NCBI GenBank assembly: GCA_963667015.2
Contig: CAXXJJ010000001.1
Span: 608,001 to 672,000 of the forward strand
Length of the DNA: 64,000 bases
Origin: Desulfatiglandales bacterium
GTDB lineage: Bacteria > Desulfobacterota > DSM-4660 > Desulfatiglandales > HGW-15
Direction of reading: 5' to 3'
Under the pieces are notes generated by a model that searched no databases, was not told the DNA's origin, and saw only the letters and a list, made by a program, of their open reading frames with translations. Made by a program: the position numbers and the translations under genes. Each line of letters begins with the position of its first letter. The stretch's first letter is position 1. Of this stretch, positions 10,022 to 19,802 are shown one piece after another.

Positions 10022-12652
10022 ATGGATCACAAGGAAATAAGACAAAAGTACCTGGATTTTTTTAAAGACAAGGCACACACAATTGTACCAAGCTCATCTC
10101 TAATCCCGAGGGATGATCCAACACTCCTCTTCACAAACGCTGGAATGGTTCAATTCAAGGGGCTGTTTCTGGGAGAAGAGAAAAGAGACTATACAAGGGC
10201 GGTTACCTCCCAGAAGTGCGTAAGGGCAGGCGGAAAACATAATGACCTTGAAAACGTAGGCTATACCGCAAGGCACCATACCTTTTTTGAGATGCTTGGA
10301 AACTTTTCCTTTGGCGACTATTTTAAGGAAGAGGCGATCGAATGGGCGTGGGAGCTTCTTCTTGAGGGATACAGGCTTGACAGAGATAGACTATACATCA
10401 CCATTTACAACGATGATGATGAAGCACATGATATCTGGGAAAACAAAATGGGTGTGCCTGCCTCAAGGATAATGAGGCTTGGCGAAAAGGATAATTTCTG
10501 GGCAATGGGTGATACCGGACCATGCGGGCCATGCTCTGAAATTCATTTTGACCAGGGGGAAGCGGCAGGATGCGGTAATCCTGACTGCGGACCGGATTGT
10601 GACTGCGACAGGTATCTTGAAATCTGGAACCTTGTGTTTACACAGTTTGACAGAGATATTTCCGGTAAACTTACGCCTCTCCCTAATCCAAACATTGATA
10701 CCGGTATGGGGCTCGAAAGAATCACTGCGGTTATTCAGGGCGTAAAAAACAATTATGACACAGACATCTTTGCCACTCCTATAAGGCGTATTGAAGACCT
10801 TTCATCAAAAAAATACGGTGAAAATGAAAAGTTTGATCTTTCCTTCAGGGTAATATCCGATCACGCCAGGGCGGCAGCCTTTCTTATTGGTGACGGCATC
10901 ATGCCCTCAAATGAAGGCCGCGGGTATGTGCTTAGGAGGATTATAAGAAGGGCCATAAGATACGGCCAGGTCCTGGGCCTTAAGGATTCCTTTTTCTTTA
11001 ATGTCGCTGACAGCGTGATCGATGCAATGGGCGATCATTACCATGAGCTTGAAGCCTCAAGGTCATATATAAAGGGGGTGCTTGTAAACGAAGAGAGAAG
11101 ATTTGCAGATACCCTCTTCTACAGCATGAAGATGCTGAATGATGAAATTGAAAAGATTAAGGCTGATAAAGGAACCGTGATACCGGGTGAGCTGGCCTTC
11201 AAGCTGTATGACACCTATGGATTGTCTGTTGATATAGTTGAAGATGTTGCAAGGGATGAAGGGCTCAGGATAGATATGGAAGCATATGAGACCTCCATGT
11301 CTTCCCAGAGAAACCAGTCCAGGGAATCATGGAAGGGAAGCGGGGAAGAAAAAATCCCTGAAATCTATAAGAAGCTTACATCAGATGGTGTTTCCAGTAC
11401 TTTTACCAGGCATCATGACGGAGATTGCCGGTCAAGAGTAGCTTCAATACTCAAGGACGGGAAAGTAATACCTGAAGCCGGTGAAGGAGATGACGTAGAG
11501 ATCATCCTTGATTCAACACCCTTTTATGGGGAAAGCGGCGGCCAGGTTGGAGATAAGGGAAGAATGAGCAGTGCCGGCTCAGAAATCAGGGTGTCCAATA
11601 CAAAAAAAATCGGTGACCTGATTGTGCATATATGTAAAGTGGAAAGCGGCAGCCTGAATACCGGCGATGATGTGGATGCACAGGTAGATTACGAGAGACG
11701 AAAGGCCATTCAGGCAAACCATACGGCTACACACCTGCTTCATAGCGCCCTCAGGGAAGTTCTGGGTGACCATGTCAAACAGGCCGGTTCACTTGTCTCC
11801 CCCGAAAGGCTGCGTTTTGATTTCAGTCATTTTACCCAGGTGGAAAAGGAAAAGCTTATGGATGTAGAGTCTCTGGTAAATTCACATATCAGGGATAATC
11901 ATCCGGTCGGTACTGAGGAAATGACAAGAGAAGAGGCCTCAAAAACAGGGGCTATGGCCATATTTGAAGAACGGTATGGTTCAAAGGTTCGGGTTGTAAG
12001 TGTAGGTAATGGTGTAAGCATGGAGTTATGCGGTGGTACGCATACTCACTCGACCGGGGAAATAGGTTTTTTTAAAATAGTATCCGAAGGCGCTGTAGCA
12101 GCAAATGTGCGGAGGATTGAGGCTGTTACCGGGAAGGCGGCTGTTGAGTACGTCCAGTCACTTGATAATGTAATCAAGGAGACTGCCGGTATCCTTAAGG
12201 CCGCACCTGATCAGGTCAGGGATAAAATCAACCAGATATTAAAGGATTTGAAGCAGAAAGATACTGAAATAGAGTCTCTTAAATCAAAACTTCTTGCAAA
12301 GGAATCAGGGGATATTCTTTCAGGTTTGCAGGAGATCAACGGCATAAAGATCCTGACAAAGGAACTTGATTCCCTGTCACCAAAGGAACTGCGTGATTAT
12401 GTAGATAAGATCAAGGATAAACTGGAATCAGGTATAATTGTTCTCGGTTCAAAAAATGAAGATAAGGTTATGCTCATATGCGCTGTCACAGATGATCTGA
12501 CAAAGCAGTATAATGCAGGGAAGATAATCAAAGAGATGTCCGAGATAGTCGGTGGAAAGGGCGGCGGCAGACCTGATATGGCCCAAGGTGGGGGCAATAA
12601 CCCCCAAAAGCTTACTCAGGCCCTTGAATCAATCAGTGAAATAATAAAATAA
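10022..12652 (+). CDS. alaS: alanine--tRNA ligase
   Basis: TLLFTNAGM, HHTFFEMLGNFS, HTATHLLH, ELCGGTH, GGKGGGRPDMAQGGG. Confidence 0.99.
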   Translation: MDHKEIRQKYLDFFKDKAHTIVPSSSLIPRDDPTLLFTNAGMVQFKGLFLGEEKRDYTRAVTSQKCVRAGGKHNDLENVGYTARHHTFFEMLGNFSFGDYFKEEAIEWAWELLLEGYRLDRDRLYITIYNDDDEAHDIWENKMGVPASRIMRLGEKDNFWAMGDTGPCGPCSEIHFDQGEAAGCGNPDCGPDCDCDRYLEIWNLVFTQFDRDISGKLTPLPNPNIDTGMGLERITAVIQGVKNNYDTDIFATPIRRIEDLSSKKYGENEKFDLSFRVISDHARAAAFLIGDGIMPSNEGRGYVLRRIIRRAIRYGQVLGLKDSFFFNVADSVIDAMGDHYHELEASRSYIKGVLVNEERRFADTLFYSMKMLNDEIEKIKADKGTVIPGELAFKLYDTYGLSVDIVEDVARDEGLRIDMEAYETSMSSQRNQSRESWKGSGEEKIPEIYKKLTSDGVSSTFTRHHDGDCRSRVASILKDGKVIPEAGEGDDVEIILDSTPFYGESGGQVGDKGRMSSAGSEIRVSNTKKIGDLIVHICKVESGSLNTGDDVDAQVDYERRKAIQANHTATHLLHSALREVLGDHVKQAGSLVSPERLRFDFSHFTQVEKEKLMDVESLVNSHIRDNHPVGTEEMTREEASKTGAMAIFEERYGSKVRVVSVGNGVSMELCGGTHTHSTGEIGFFKIVSEGAVAANVRRIEAVTGKAAVEYVQSLDNVIKETAGILKAAPDQVRDKINQILKDLKQKDTEIESLKSKLLAKESGDILSGLQEINGIKILTKELDSLSPKELRDYVDKIKDKLESGIIVLGSKNEDKVMLICAVTDDLTKQYNAGKIIKEMSEIVGGKGGGRPDMAQGGGNNPQKLTQALESISEIIK

Positions 12653-12664
12653 TATCCGGCAGAA

Positions 12665-13366
12665 CTACTTCTCCTCGGTGGTCAAAGGCTCTATACCGAG
12701 TTCTGCCATTTTTACTTTACACATGCTTATTTTTTCCAGTGCCTCATGGTACTGACCCACATCAGGAAAATTTTCAATCGCATATGTATACCTCTGGAGT
12801 GCGGCAAGGTACTTTTTCTGGTTAAAGTAAAAATTTCCGGTATACATTTCGAATTTCGAACGATTTAAGAGACATTTCCGGTAATATCTTCTAGCCTTTT
12901 CCGAATACTCATTATCCGGGTACTCAACAACAAGTTTTGCAAACTCTATTGATGCCCCGAGGGCGTGCTTCTGTTCCCTGTCAAAGCCTCTTATCTGTTT
13001 ATAATAGCACAAGCCCCTTTGAAATTTTACATAAGGGATATTTTCATCATCAGGATGATATCTTTCAAATTCAGCATATAACTCATAGGCAGTGGCATAT
13101 TCTCCCATGCTAAAATATGTATCAGCCAGCTTTAAACTGGCTGTAATTGCTGATTCAGTGTAGGGATATCGGTCTTTAACCAGCAGGAGTGACTGCAGTG
13201 CCCGTGCCATGTTTCCTTCATCCAGCTGCTTGAGCCCTTTTTCTAAAAGTTCAGCATGACCCATATCTTCAAGCTTTCGTGCTTTATTGGATGCGCATCC
13301 GGCAGCTGAAAAAATGAGGCAGGATATGAGAATAATACATTTTGTATATGAAAGATATTTAGCCAT
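12665..13366 (-). CDS. bamD: outer membrane assembly lipoprotein BamD
   Basis: lipobox AAGC, TPR-like helices, DRYPY...A.L.LAD.YF. Confidence 0.85.
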   Translation of the reverse strand: MAKYLSYTKCIILISCLIFSAAGCASNKARKLEDMGHAELLEKGLKQLDEGNMARALQSLLLVKDRYPYTESAITASLKLADTYFSMGEYATAYELYAEFERYHPDDENIPYVKFQRGLCYYKQIRGFDREQKHALGASIEFAKLVVEYPDNEYSEKARRYYRKCLLNRSKFEMYTGNFYFNQKKYLAALQRYTYAIENFPDVGQYHEALEKISMCKVKMAELGIEPLTTEEK

Positions 13367-13482
13367 TATATTATTATCCTAAAAAAATCAGTGTGGTATC
13401 CATATTATGATATGGACTGCCGGGAGAAGTTCAGGCTGTTCTTATTAGAAGGAGACCACACTTGTTGTTTTGTAATGAAGAA

Positions 13483-13806
13483 CTATAAAAGTTTTTTAAG
13501 TTCTTCCTCAATTGATGTCTTTGGCTGAGCACCAACTATTGTATTCACTACTTCACCACCCTTAAAAAGGATAAGGGTAGGTATATTTCGAATGCCGAAT
13601 TTTGCAGGGGTTTGTCTGTTGCTGTCCACATCCATTTTAGCGATTTTGATTTTCCCTTCGTATTCTGCGGCCAGTTCTTCAACAACAGGGCCTACTTTTT
13701 TACAGGGCCCGCACCATTCAGCCCAGAAATCAACCATTGAAGGCATTTCGGAATTAACAATCTCCGACTCAAAAGTATCATCGGAAACTTCAAGAATATC
13801 TCCCAT
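13483..13806 (-). CDS. trxA: thioredoxin
   Basis: DFWAEWCGPC, IPTL. Confidence 0.97.
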   Translation of the reverse strand: MGDILEVSDDTFESEIVNSEMPSMVDFWAEWCGPCKKVGPVVEELAAEYEGKIKIAKMDVDSNRQTPAKFGIRNIPTLILFKGGEVVNTIVGAQPKTSIEEELKKLL

Positions 13807-13933
13807 CTTTTTCTCCTTTCATTACATTCCTTTAAAGTGGATTAACACGCGACTTTTTATTTGTCAATACAAACAACCAAGTCATTCATTGTGTAAAACT
13901 GTTTAAGTCATTGAAATACAAACTAAAAGATGT

Positions 13934-14866
13934 TTAAGCCTTTGCCTTGTCAAGAAAACGTTCGGCCGCTATGGCTGCCTTGCATCCCGTACCTGCAGCT
14001 GCTATTGCCTGACGAAACATCGGATCTCTTACATCTCCTGCCGCAAAGACACCCTCTACACTGGTCTTTGCCCCGTCATGGCAGATAATATAACCGCCCT
14101 CATCAAGATCAAGCTGTCCCGTGAATAATTCTGTTGCCGGGGAATGCCCGATGCCCATGAACACTCCGTCTGCCTGATGCTCGGTAATTTCTCCTGTCTT
14201 TACATTTTTCAACAGAATACTCTTTACCCCGCCTTCATCTGTTCCCTTTATTTCTTGGACAACTGAATCCCATAAAAGGTTCACTTTCGGGTTATTAAAA
14301 AGTTTTTCCTGCATGTATTTTTCAGTACGGAGTTTATCTCTTCTGTGGACGATATTTACTTCCCGTGCGAATTTGCTTAAAAACATGGCCTCTTCCGCAG
14401 CAGTATCTCCGCCGCCGATAACATAAACAATGCTGTCCCTGAAGAAAAAACCATCACATGTGGCACAGGCCGAGATGCCTTTTCCCTTGAATGCGTTGAC
14501 AGATGGAAGATCCAGATATTTTGCCTTTGCGCCGGTGGCAATAATAAGGCTTTTTGCCGCATATTCCGTATCCTCTGCCGTTATCCTGAAGGGATAAACC
14601 GATAGATCGACCCCGGTTACATCCTTCATAGCGAATTGTGTCCCGAATTTTTCAGCCTGTTTTCTCATATTTTCAACGAGTTCGGGGCCTGTTATTCCTT
14701 CGGGAAAGCCCGGATAATTTTCAACATCGGTTGTAATCAGAAGCTGACCGCCAGCAGGAACTCCTTCGATTACCAGAGGAACATAACCGGATCTTGATGC
14801 ATATATTGCTGCAGTCAATCCGGCAGGACCTGATCCTATAATGATAATATCTTTTTCTTCCAACAT
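13934..14866 (-). CDS. trxB: thioredoxin reductase
   Basis: GSGPAG, CATCDG, GGGDTA, FAAGDV. Confidence 0.97.
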   Translation of the reverse strand: MLEEKDIIIIGSGPAGLTAAIYASRSGYVPLVIEGVPAGGQLLITTDVENYPGFPEGITGPELVENMRKQAEKFGTQFAMKDVTGVDLSVYPFRITAEDTEYAAKSLIIATGAKAKYLDLPSVNAFKGKGISACATCDGFFFRDSIVYVIGGGDTAAEEAMFLSKFAREVNIVHRRDKLRTEKYMQEKLFNNPKVNLLWDSVVQEIKGTDEGGVKSILLKNVKTGEITEHQADGVFMGIGHSPATELFTGQLDLDEGGYIICHDGAKTSVEGVFAAGDVRDPMFRQAIAAAGTGCKAAIAAERFLDKAKA

Positions 14867-15031
14867 GTTCTCCTTTTAAAATGGTATATATGTATTTTGC
14901 TGAATACCTAAAACCTCTGGATTTCAAAATGTCATTATGCTAATTGAGAATTATAATAACATCAAATATAATATCTCAAATGATTTTAGGCAAGGATATC
15001 ATTTTATAATTTTAATATTATTCAGTATGCC

Positions 15032-15646
15032 ATGACAGAAGACAGCAGAGAAGGACATATAATAGAAGGAATTACCGGCATAATTTTAGCCGGTGGAAAA
15101 AGCAGCCGTTTTGGAAGCAACAAAGCTCTTGCAAAGTTCAACGGAACTCCCCTTATCGAGCGGGCGGCCGGTGTTCTGGGCCGGATATTTAAGAATCTGA
15201 TGATAATAACAAACAGCCCCCTTGAATATTCATATCTTAAAATTCCGCTTTATCAGGATATTGTAAAAGGGCTGGGCCCGGTGGGAGGGATTTATACAGG
15301 TCTCGATGCCCTGGATGACGGATGGGCCTTTTTTTGTGCATGCGATATGCCCTTTATCAACGAGGGCCTGGTAAGATATATTGCCGGAGTAAGAGACGGG
15401 TATGATGCTGTTGTTCCAAAGGTGGACTGGAAGATAGAACCTCTTCATGCCCTGTACAGCAAGCGCTGCCTGCCTGCCATAAAGGAGCTCATTTACAAAA
15501 AAGAATACCAGACCATAAAGGCATTTAATAATCTAAATGTAAGGTTTGTTGAAGAGGAAGAAATAATAACCTGTGATCCTGAACTGAAGACATTTTTAAA
15601 TGTGAATAAACAGGATGAACTGGAAAAAATAACAAAAATGGAATAG
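15032..15646 (+). CDS. mobA: molybdenum cofactor guanylyltransferase
   Basis: LAGGKSSRFG..KA, GPVGGI, CDMPF, EPLHALY. Confidence 0.92.
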   Translation: MTEDSREGHIIEGITGIILAGGKSSRFGSNKALAKFNGTPLIERAAGVLGRIFKNLMIITNSPLEYSYLKIPLYQDIVKGLGPVGGIYTGLDALDDGWAFFCACDMPFINEGLVRYIAGVRDGYDAVVPKVDWKIEPLHALYSKRCLPAIKELIYKKEYQTIKAFNNLNVRFVEEEEIITCDPELKTFLNVNKQDELEKITKME

Positions 15647-15733
15647 GGTCAGTTATCGAATCTTCTATAATCCTTAAAATATCATACCGATGGATTCCCA
15701 TACTAAAAATATTTCACATGAGGTAGACATAAA

Positions 15734-16780
15734 ATGACCGCATTAATCCTGGCTGTTGGGGTTGTTGTAATCATATCCGCAGGGTGTTCCATGTTTGAGG
15801 CAGTACTGTATTCAGTGCCTCTCAGGCACCTTGAAACAATGGCACGCTCAGGAAAAAAGTGCGGAATTATTTTAAAAAAACTGCGGAAAAATGTTGATAA
15901 ACCCATAACCGCTATTCTGACCTTGAATACAGTCTCAAACACTGCAGGTGCAGCGATAGCGGGGGCAATGGCGGCTACAGTCTTTGGCAATGAACTGGTG
16001 GGATATTTTTCCGTATTTTTTACCCTTGCAATACTGATTTTTTCAGAGGTCATTCCCAAAACGGCCGGGGTGGTGTACTCAAGGCAGCTTGCCCCCTTTG
16101 TGGCATATCCTCTTGGCTGGCTCGTTTCAATAATGAAACCTGTTATCTGGATGATAAGTCTTCTTACCGGGATAATCTCAAGAAATAAGCCGGATGATTC
16201 GGTTTCACCCGATGAAATAAAGATAATGGCACAGGCCAGCCTGAGGACCGGGGCTATTGAGAGATACCAGGAGATGGTAATTGCGAATGTCCTGTCCCTC
16301 GGGAACAGGCATATCAAGGATGTAATGACTCCAAGAACCGTTGTGTTTTCCCTGAACCAGGATCTTACAGTGGCTGAGGCATACAGTGAAACCAAACAAT
16401 GGGAACACAGCCGGATACCAATCTATGACAAGGGAGCCGAGGATATAGTCGGGATTGTATTAACCAAGGAGCTTTTCAAAGTCCTTGCAGAGGACAGGGG
16501 AAACCTGACATTGAAAGAACTTATGCGTCCGGTCAAGTTTGTTGTCGAGGCGGCAAGGCTTAACAATGTGCTGATGGATTTTATCAATTCAAGGGAAAAA
16601 CTGTTTGCGGTTATTGACGAATATGGCGGTCTTTCAGGGGTTGTTACTCTTGAAGATATCCTTGAGGAGATCCTTGGCCGGGAAATTCTTGATGAGTTCG
16701 ATCAGGTGGATGACAAAAGAAAACTGGCAAAACTGAAGAGGCAGATGCTGTTTTCCGACTCCTTTGGGAATGACGAGTGA
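15734..16780 (+). CDS. CNNM/DUF21-CBS (CorC/HlyC-like) metal transporter
   Basis: SMFEA, ILTLNT, SEVIPK, VMTPR, DEYGG...TLEDILEEILG. Confidence 0.9.
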   Translation: MTALILAVGVVVIISAGCSMFEAVLYSVPLRHLETMARSGKKCGIILKKLRKNVDKPITAILTLNTVSNTAGAAIAGAMAATVFGNELVGYFSVFFTLAILIFSEVIPKTAGVVYSRQLAPFVAYPLGWLVSIMKPVIWMISLLTGIISRNKPDDSVSPDEIKIMAQASLRTGAIERYQEMVIANVLSLGNRHIKDVMTPRTVVFSLNQDLTVAEAYSETKQWEHSRIPIYDKGAEDIVGIVLTKELFKVLAEDRGNLTLKELMRPVKFVVEAARLNNVLMDFINSREKLFAVIDEYGGLSGVVTLEDILEEILGREILDEFDQVDDKRKLAKLKRQMLFSDSFGNDE

Positions 16781-17616
16781 TGCTCTCATCGCTCTGTTTT
16801 CCTGACAGTTCAAAAAGCTGCTTTGCATGCTGCCCCCCCATACGCCCGGCAGGGTATGATCACTCTGACCACAGGAATATAATAAAAAGGGTTTTACGTG
16901 AAAATACTTCAGCCTACAATCCTGAAGACAGAAACATCAGACCTGTTACCGGTTTCAGCTGCTGGGCCATGGGTTATCTGGACCCTGACTTCAGGCAGCC
17001 GGGCTGTCTCCTCCATCCATCCCAAAATAATGGAAAGGATCTCAGGTACAGGATAGACTATGGCACCAAATGCCTGAGGGAGGCCTGCTATGAAGCAAGG
17101 GAGTTTGAGAGGTTGAATGAAGACCAGAAAAAATTCTGGCTCGTTCTTACTGATGGTATGGACAGTTTTGAATACTCAAGCAGAAAGACCAATATTCTAT
17201 TTAATATTTTAGGCTGGGGTAATAAAGTCCTGGCAATATTAGCCGATAAGGAGTCAGGAAAATTTTTAGACAGAATACATTTTTTAAAGGCATACCCATT
17301 TTTTGAAATCAATATTTCACCAAAGGGTTATGCCTATCTGCTTACATATATTCTTAATGAAACAGGCCCGGAGGTTCTAAAGGAACCGGGGTTTAAAAGA
17401 ACCTTTAAAATTTTTTCAGATAATCTTATAAACCGGATAAAGGAACGGTTTGACATGTCAGGAGGCCCTGTTTATGTGCATAAAATGGAGACTGATATTT
17501 TGTTTACAGATTTTTTAAGGCTTTCTTTACAAATAAAAAAATCGGAATATTCAAGCGTAGAAAAAATAATGCAGTACACTGATGACCGGCTGAAGGTCTT
17601 TTGCGGAAATTTATAA
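16780..17616 (+). CDS. hypothetical Cys-rich protein (CxxCC-type metal-binding N-terminus)
   Basis: C-x7-CFACCPP, FSCW, GCLLHP, KC....C; start overlaps the upstream stop. Confidence 0.7.
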   Translation: MLSSLCFPDSSKSCFACCPPIRPAGYDHSDHRNIIKRVLRENTSAYNPEDRNIRPVTGFSCWAMGYLDPDFRQPGCLLHPSQNNGKDLRYRIDYGTKCLREACYEAREFERLNEDQKKFWLVLTDGMDSFEYSSRKTNILFNILGWGNKVLAILADKESGKFLDRIHFLKAYPFFEINISPKGYAYLLTYILNETGPEVLKEPGFKRTFKIFSDNLINRIKERFDMSGGPVYVHKMETDILFTDFLRLSLQIKKSEYSSVEKIMQYTDDRLKVFCGNL

Positions 17617-17617
17617 C

Positions 17618-18526
17618 ATGACGGATACAGAAAACAAAATTATAGAGATTATTAAGGAAAAAGGTCCGCTTACAGGAGCAGAGCTGTCTCCGCATTTTGA
17701 TATGGATCCACTTCTCCTGCTAAGGGAATGCCGGCTGTCAATGGCCCTGACCGTGCAGATCATCGGGACAAGGTATCTTCGCCTGGACAGAAGGATAGAG
17801 GGTTTTGCAAGATTATCACCTTCCATATTACGGGAATTCCTTACTTATTCTATTGTGGGGCTTTCGGATGATCCTGTCCCCGTCCAGGAAAAGGCTCAAG
17901 AACTCAATAAAAAAATAGAGGGTATAAGCAGAAGCAAATGCGACCTGGCCTTTAATATCGTTTCCGGTTTAATGACCCGCCTGGAATATGGTTCAAAGGA
18001 CAAGGCCTGTTTTATTATTGCCGGCGATATAGTTTTTAACATGGCCCATGATGTTCCGCGTCCTGAAAGAAGTACCAAAAAACTTGTTAAGGGCTCTGAT
18101 ATGGACATTGTAGTGATAGTCAGGGATGAAGATGCAGAGCATCTTGTCGACAGGCTGGATGAAGAGATATACAAAGAAAAGTACAGTCTTCTGATCAGCC
18201 CCTATGAGAAGGAAGAGATAGACTATATTGTTAAGAGCGTCTCAAAGGTTAAGGAGCAGCTAAAATTTGATACCTTTAAACACATGGTTGCATGCAAAAT
18301 ACTGTGTGAAGGAACATTCCTTTTCGGCAATGAAGAGCTGTTTAACAATATCAAGCAGATGCTGAAGGATGAAGGTATAGGTGATAAGATCAATGCAATG
18401 GAGGAAAATGCCCTCCGGTTCAGGAAGAGAGCCGAAGAGCGTCTTCTTGGAGGCGATCCTGAAAAGGCATTGCAGGATAATGAATTCCTTTTTTATCCGA
18501 CAGAAGAGTCTGAGGAGTTTGAGTAG
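17618..18526 (+). CDS. hypothetical protein: wHTH-like N-terminus plus Pol-beta-type nucleotidyltransferase-like motif
   Basis: IIEIIKEKGPLTGAEL; IAGD...GSDMDIVVIV...EIDYIV. Confidence 0.6.
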   Translation: MTDTENKIIEIIKEKGPLTGAELSPHFDMDPLLLLRECRLSMALTVQIIGTRYLRLDRRIEGFARLSPSILREFLTYSIVGLSDDPVPVQEKAQELNKKIEGISRSKCDLAFNIVSGLMTRLEYGSKDKACFIIAGDIVFNMAHDVPRPERSTKKLVKGSDMDIVVIVRDEDAEHLVDRLDEEIYKEKYSLLISPYEKEEIDYIVKSVSKVKEQLKFDTFKHMVACKILCEGTFLFGNEELFNNIKQMLKDEGIGDKINAMEENALRFRKRAEERLLGGDPEKALQDNEFLFYPTEESEEFE

Positions 18527-18542
18527 CGATAATCGGGTGTCC

Positions 18543-18968
18543 CTAGGCTTTTTTCTGCATTGCCCTTGCTTCTGCGAGGAGTTCGATCAGGAGCGCCTTT
18601 AATATCCATGCCTCACTGGTTGGAGTCAGGGAGGCCCAGATCTGGCTGACAAATCCCTCTTTCCTGTATGCCCCCATCAGGATGTGCAGTTCATTCTGGC
18701 TTAATCCTGACATTATAACTGCCCTTGGCAGTTCTGAAGGGCCTGTTATGCCGGCCATGTGTTCATGAGTGAACAGTTCACCAAGTGTTTTTCCTACGTC
18801 CTCGTTAACAGCGAATATGACAGATACATCACTAATCTCTGCTTTGACGATGAAATCGAGAAAAGTGCTGCGTTCCTCTTCCGTATAACCGCAGACAAGA
18901 AGTCCCCTCGGACCATACATCCTTTTATCGGATTTATCTATTTTGTTGAAATCTCCCTTTTGTTCCAT
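18543..18968 (-). CDS. DUF3783-like protein
   Basis: RAVIMSGL...WASLTPTSEAW.L..LL.EL; start placed at MEQKG after an RBS. Confidence 0.65.
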   Translation of the reverse strand: MEQKGDFNKIDKSDKRMYGPRGLLVCGYTEEERSTFLDFIVKAEISDVSVIFAVNEDVGKTLGELFTHEHMAGITGPSELPRAVIMSGLSQNELHILMGAYRKEGFVSQIWASLTPTSEAWILKALLIELLAEARAMQKKA

Positions 18969-19152
18969 CCTCTTCTCCCTGTTATTTCGCGTTAATATAT
19001 TGTTTCCTGCATGTTGCGGTAAAAGAGATTTATACCTAAAATACACCAATATTAAAAGAACTTTAATATGTTGAAATTATTATCATATATCATTATAAAA
19101 GAATGCTTGAGCAAATTCGAAATAAAAAACGAAGGAAAAAAGTTAATATTTT

Positions 19153-19785
19153 ATGATCAAGTATCTACTGCTCGACTGGGACGGATGCCTTGTCGATACG
19201 TTGCCAATATGGTATCAGGGCATGAAGAGAGGACTTTTATATTACGGGATAGAAGCCTCTGACAGAGAAATAAAGATGGGCTTTCAGTCATGGAACTCTT
19301 TTATTGAAATGGGAGTACCGGATCTCGACCTCTTTACCGGAATTGTTTATGAATATGTCACTGGCTGCCTGAACGATGTCAGATTCAATGACGGGGTGAT
19401 TGAATTGCTTGAACGGGCAAAGAGCAGAAATATCAGGACAGCCATAGTCACATCCACTGAGAGATCAAACGTTCTACCTGTCCTGTCCCGTCTGGATGCG
19501 GCGGAATATTTTGATTGTATTGTTGCAAGGCTGGATGTAAAAAATCTTAAACCTCATCCGGACCCTGTTAACATGGCGATTGACATGCTCGGAGGCAAAA
19601 GGGAAAATTCCCTTATGGTCGGCGATTCACTTGGAGATATCCAGTCAGGGAAAAATGCAGGAGTCAAAACCGCCTGGTATCTGCCCGAATATAATCGTGA
19701 ATACCATCTTAACAGGGAGGAGATATCTGATGCCTCTCCGGATATGATCATCTCCGGCATGATCGATCTGATAAACCTGATATAG
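19153..19785 (+). CDS. HAD-family hydrolase (Gph/PpaX-like)
   Basis: LDWDGCLVDT, VTS, KPHPDP, MVGDS..D. Confidence 0.9.
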   Translation: MIKYLLLDWDGCLVDTLPIWYQGMKRGLLYYGIEASDREIKMGFQSWNSFIEMGVPDLDLFTGIVYEYVTGCLNDVRFNDGVIELLERAKSRNIRTAIVTSTERSNVLPVLSRLDAAEYFDCIVARLDVKNLKPHPDPVNMAIDMLGGKRENSLMVGDSLGDIQSGKNAGVKTAWYLPEYNREYHLNREEISDASPDMIISGMIDLINLI

Positions 19786-19802
19786 CGAAGGAAGATTTAT
19801 TG

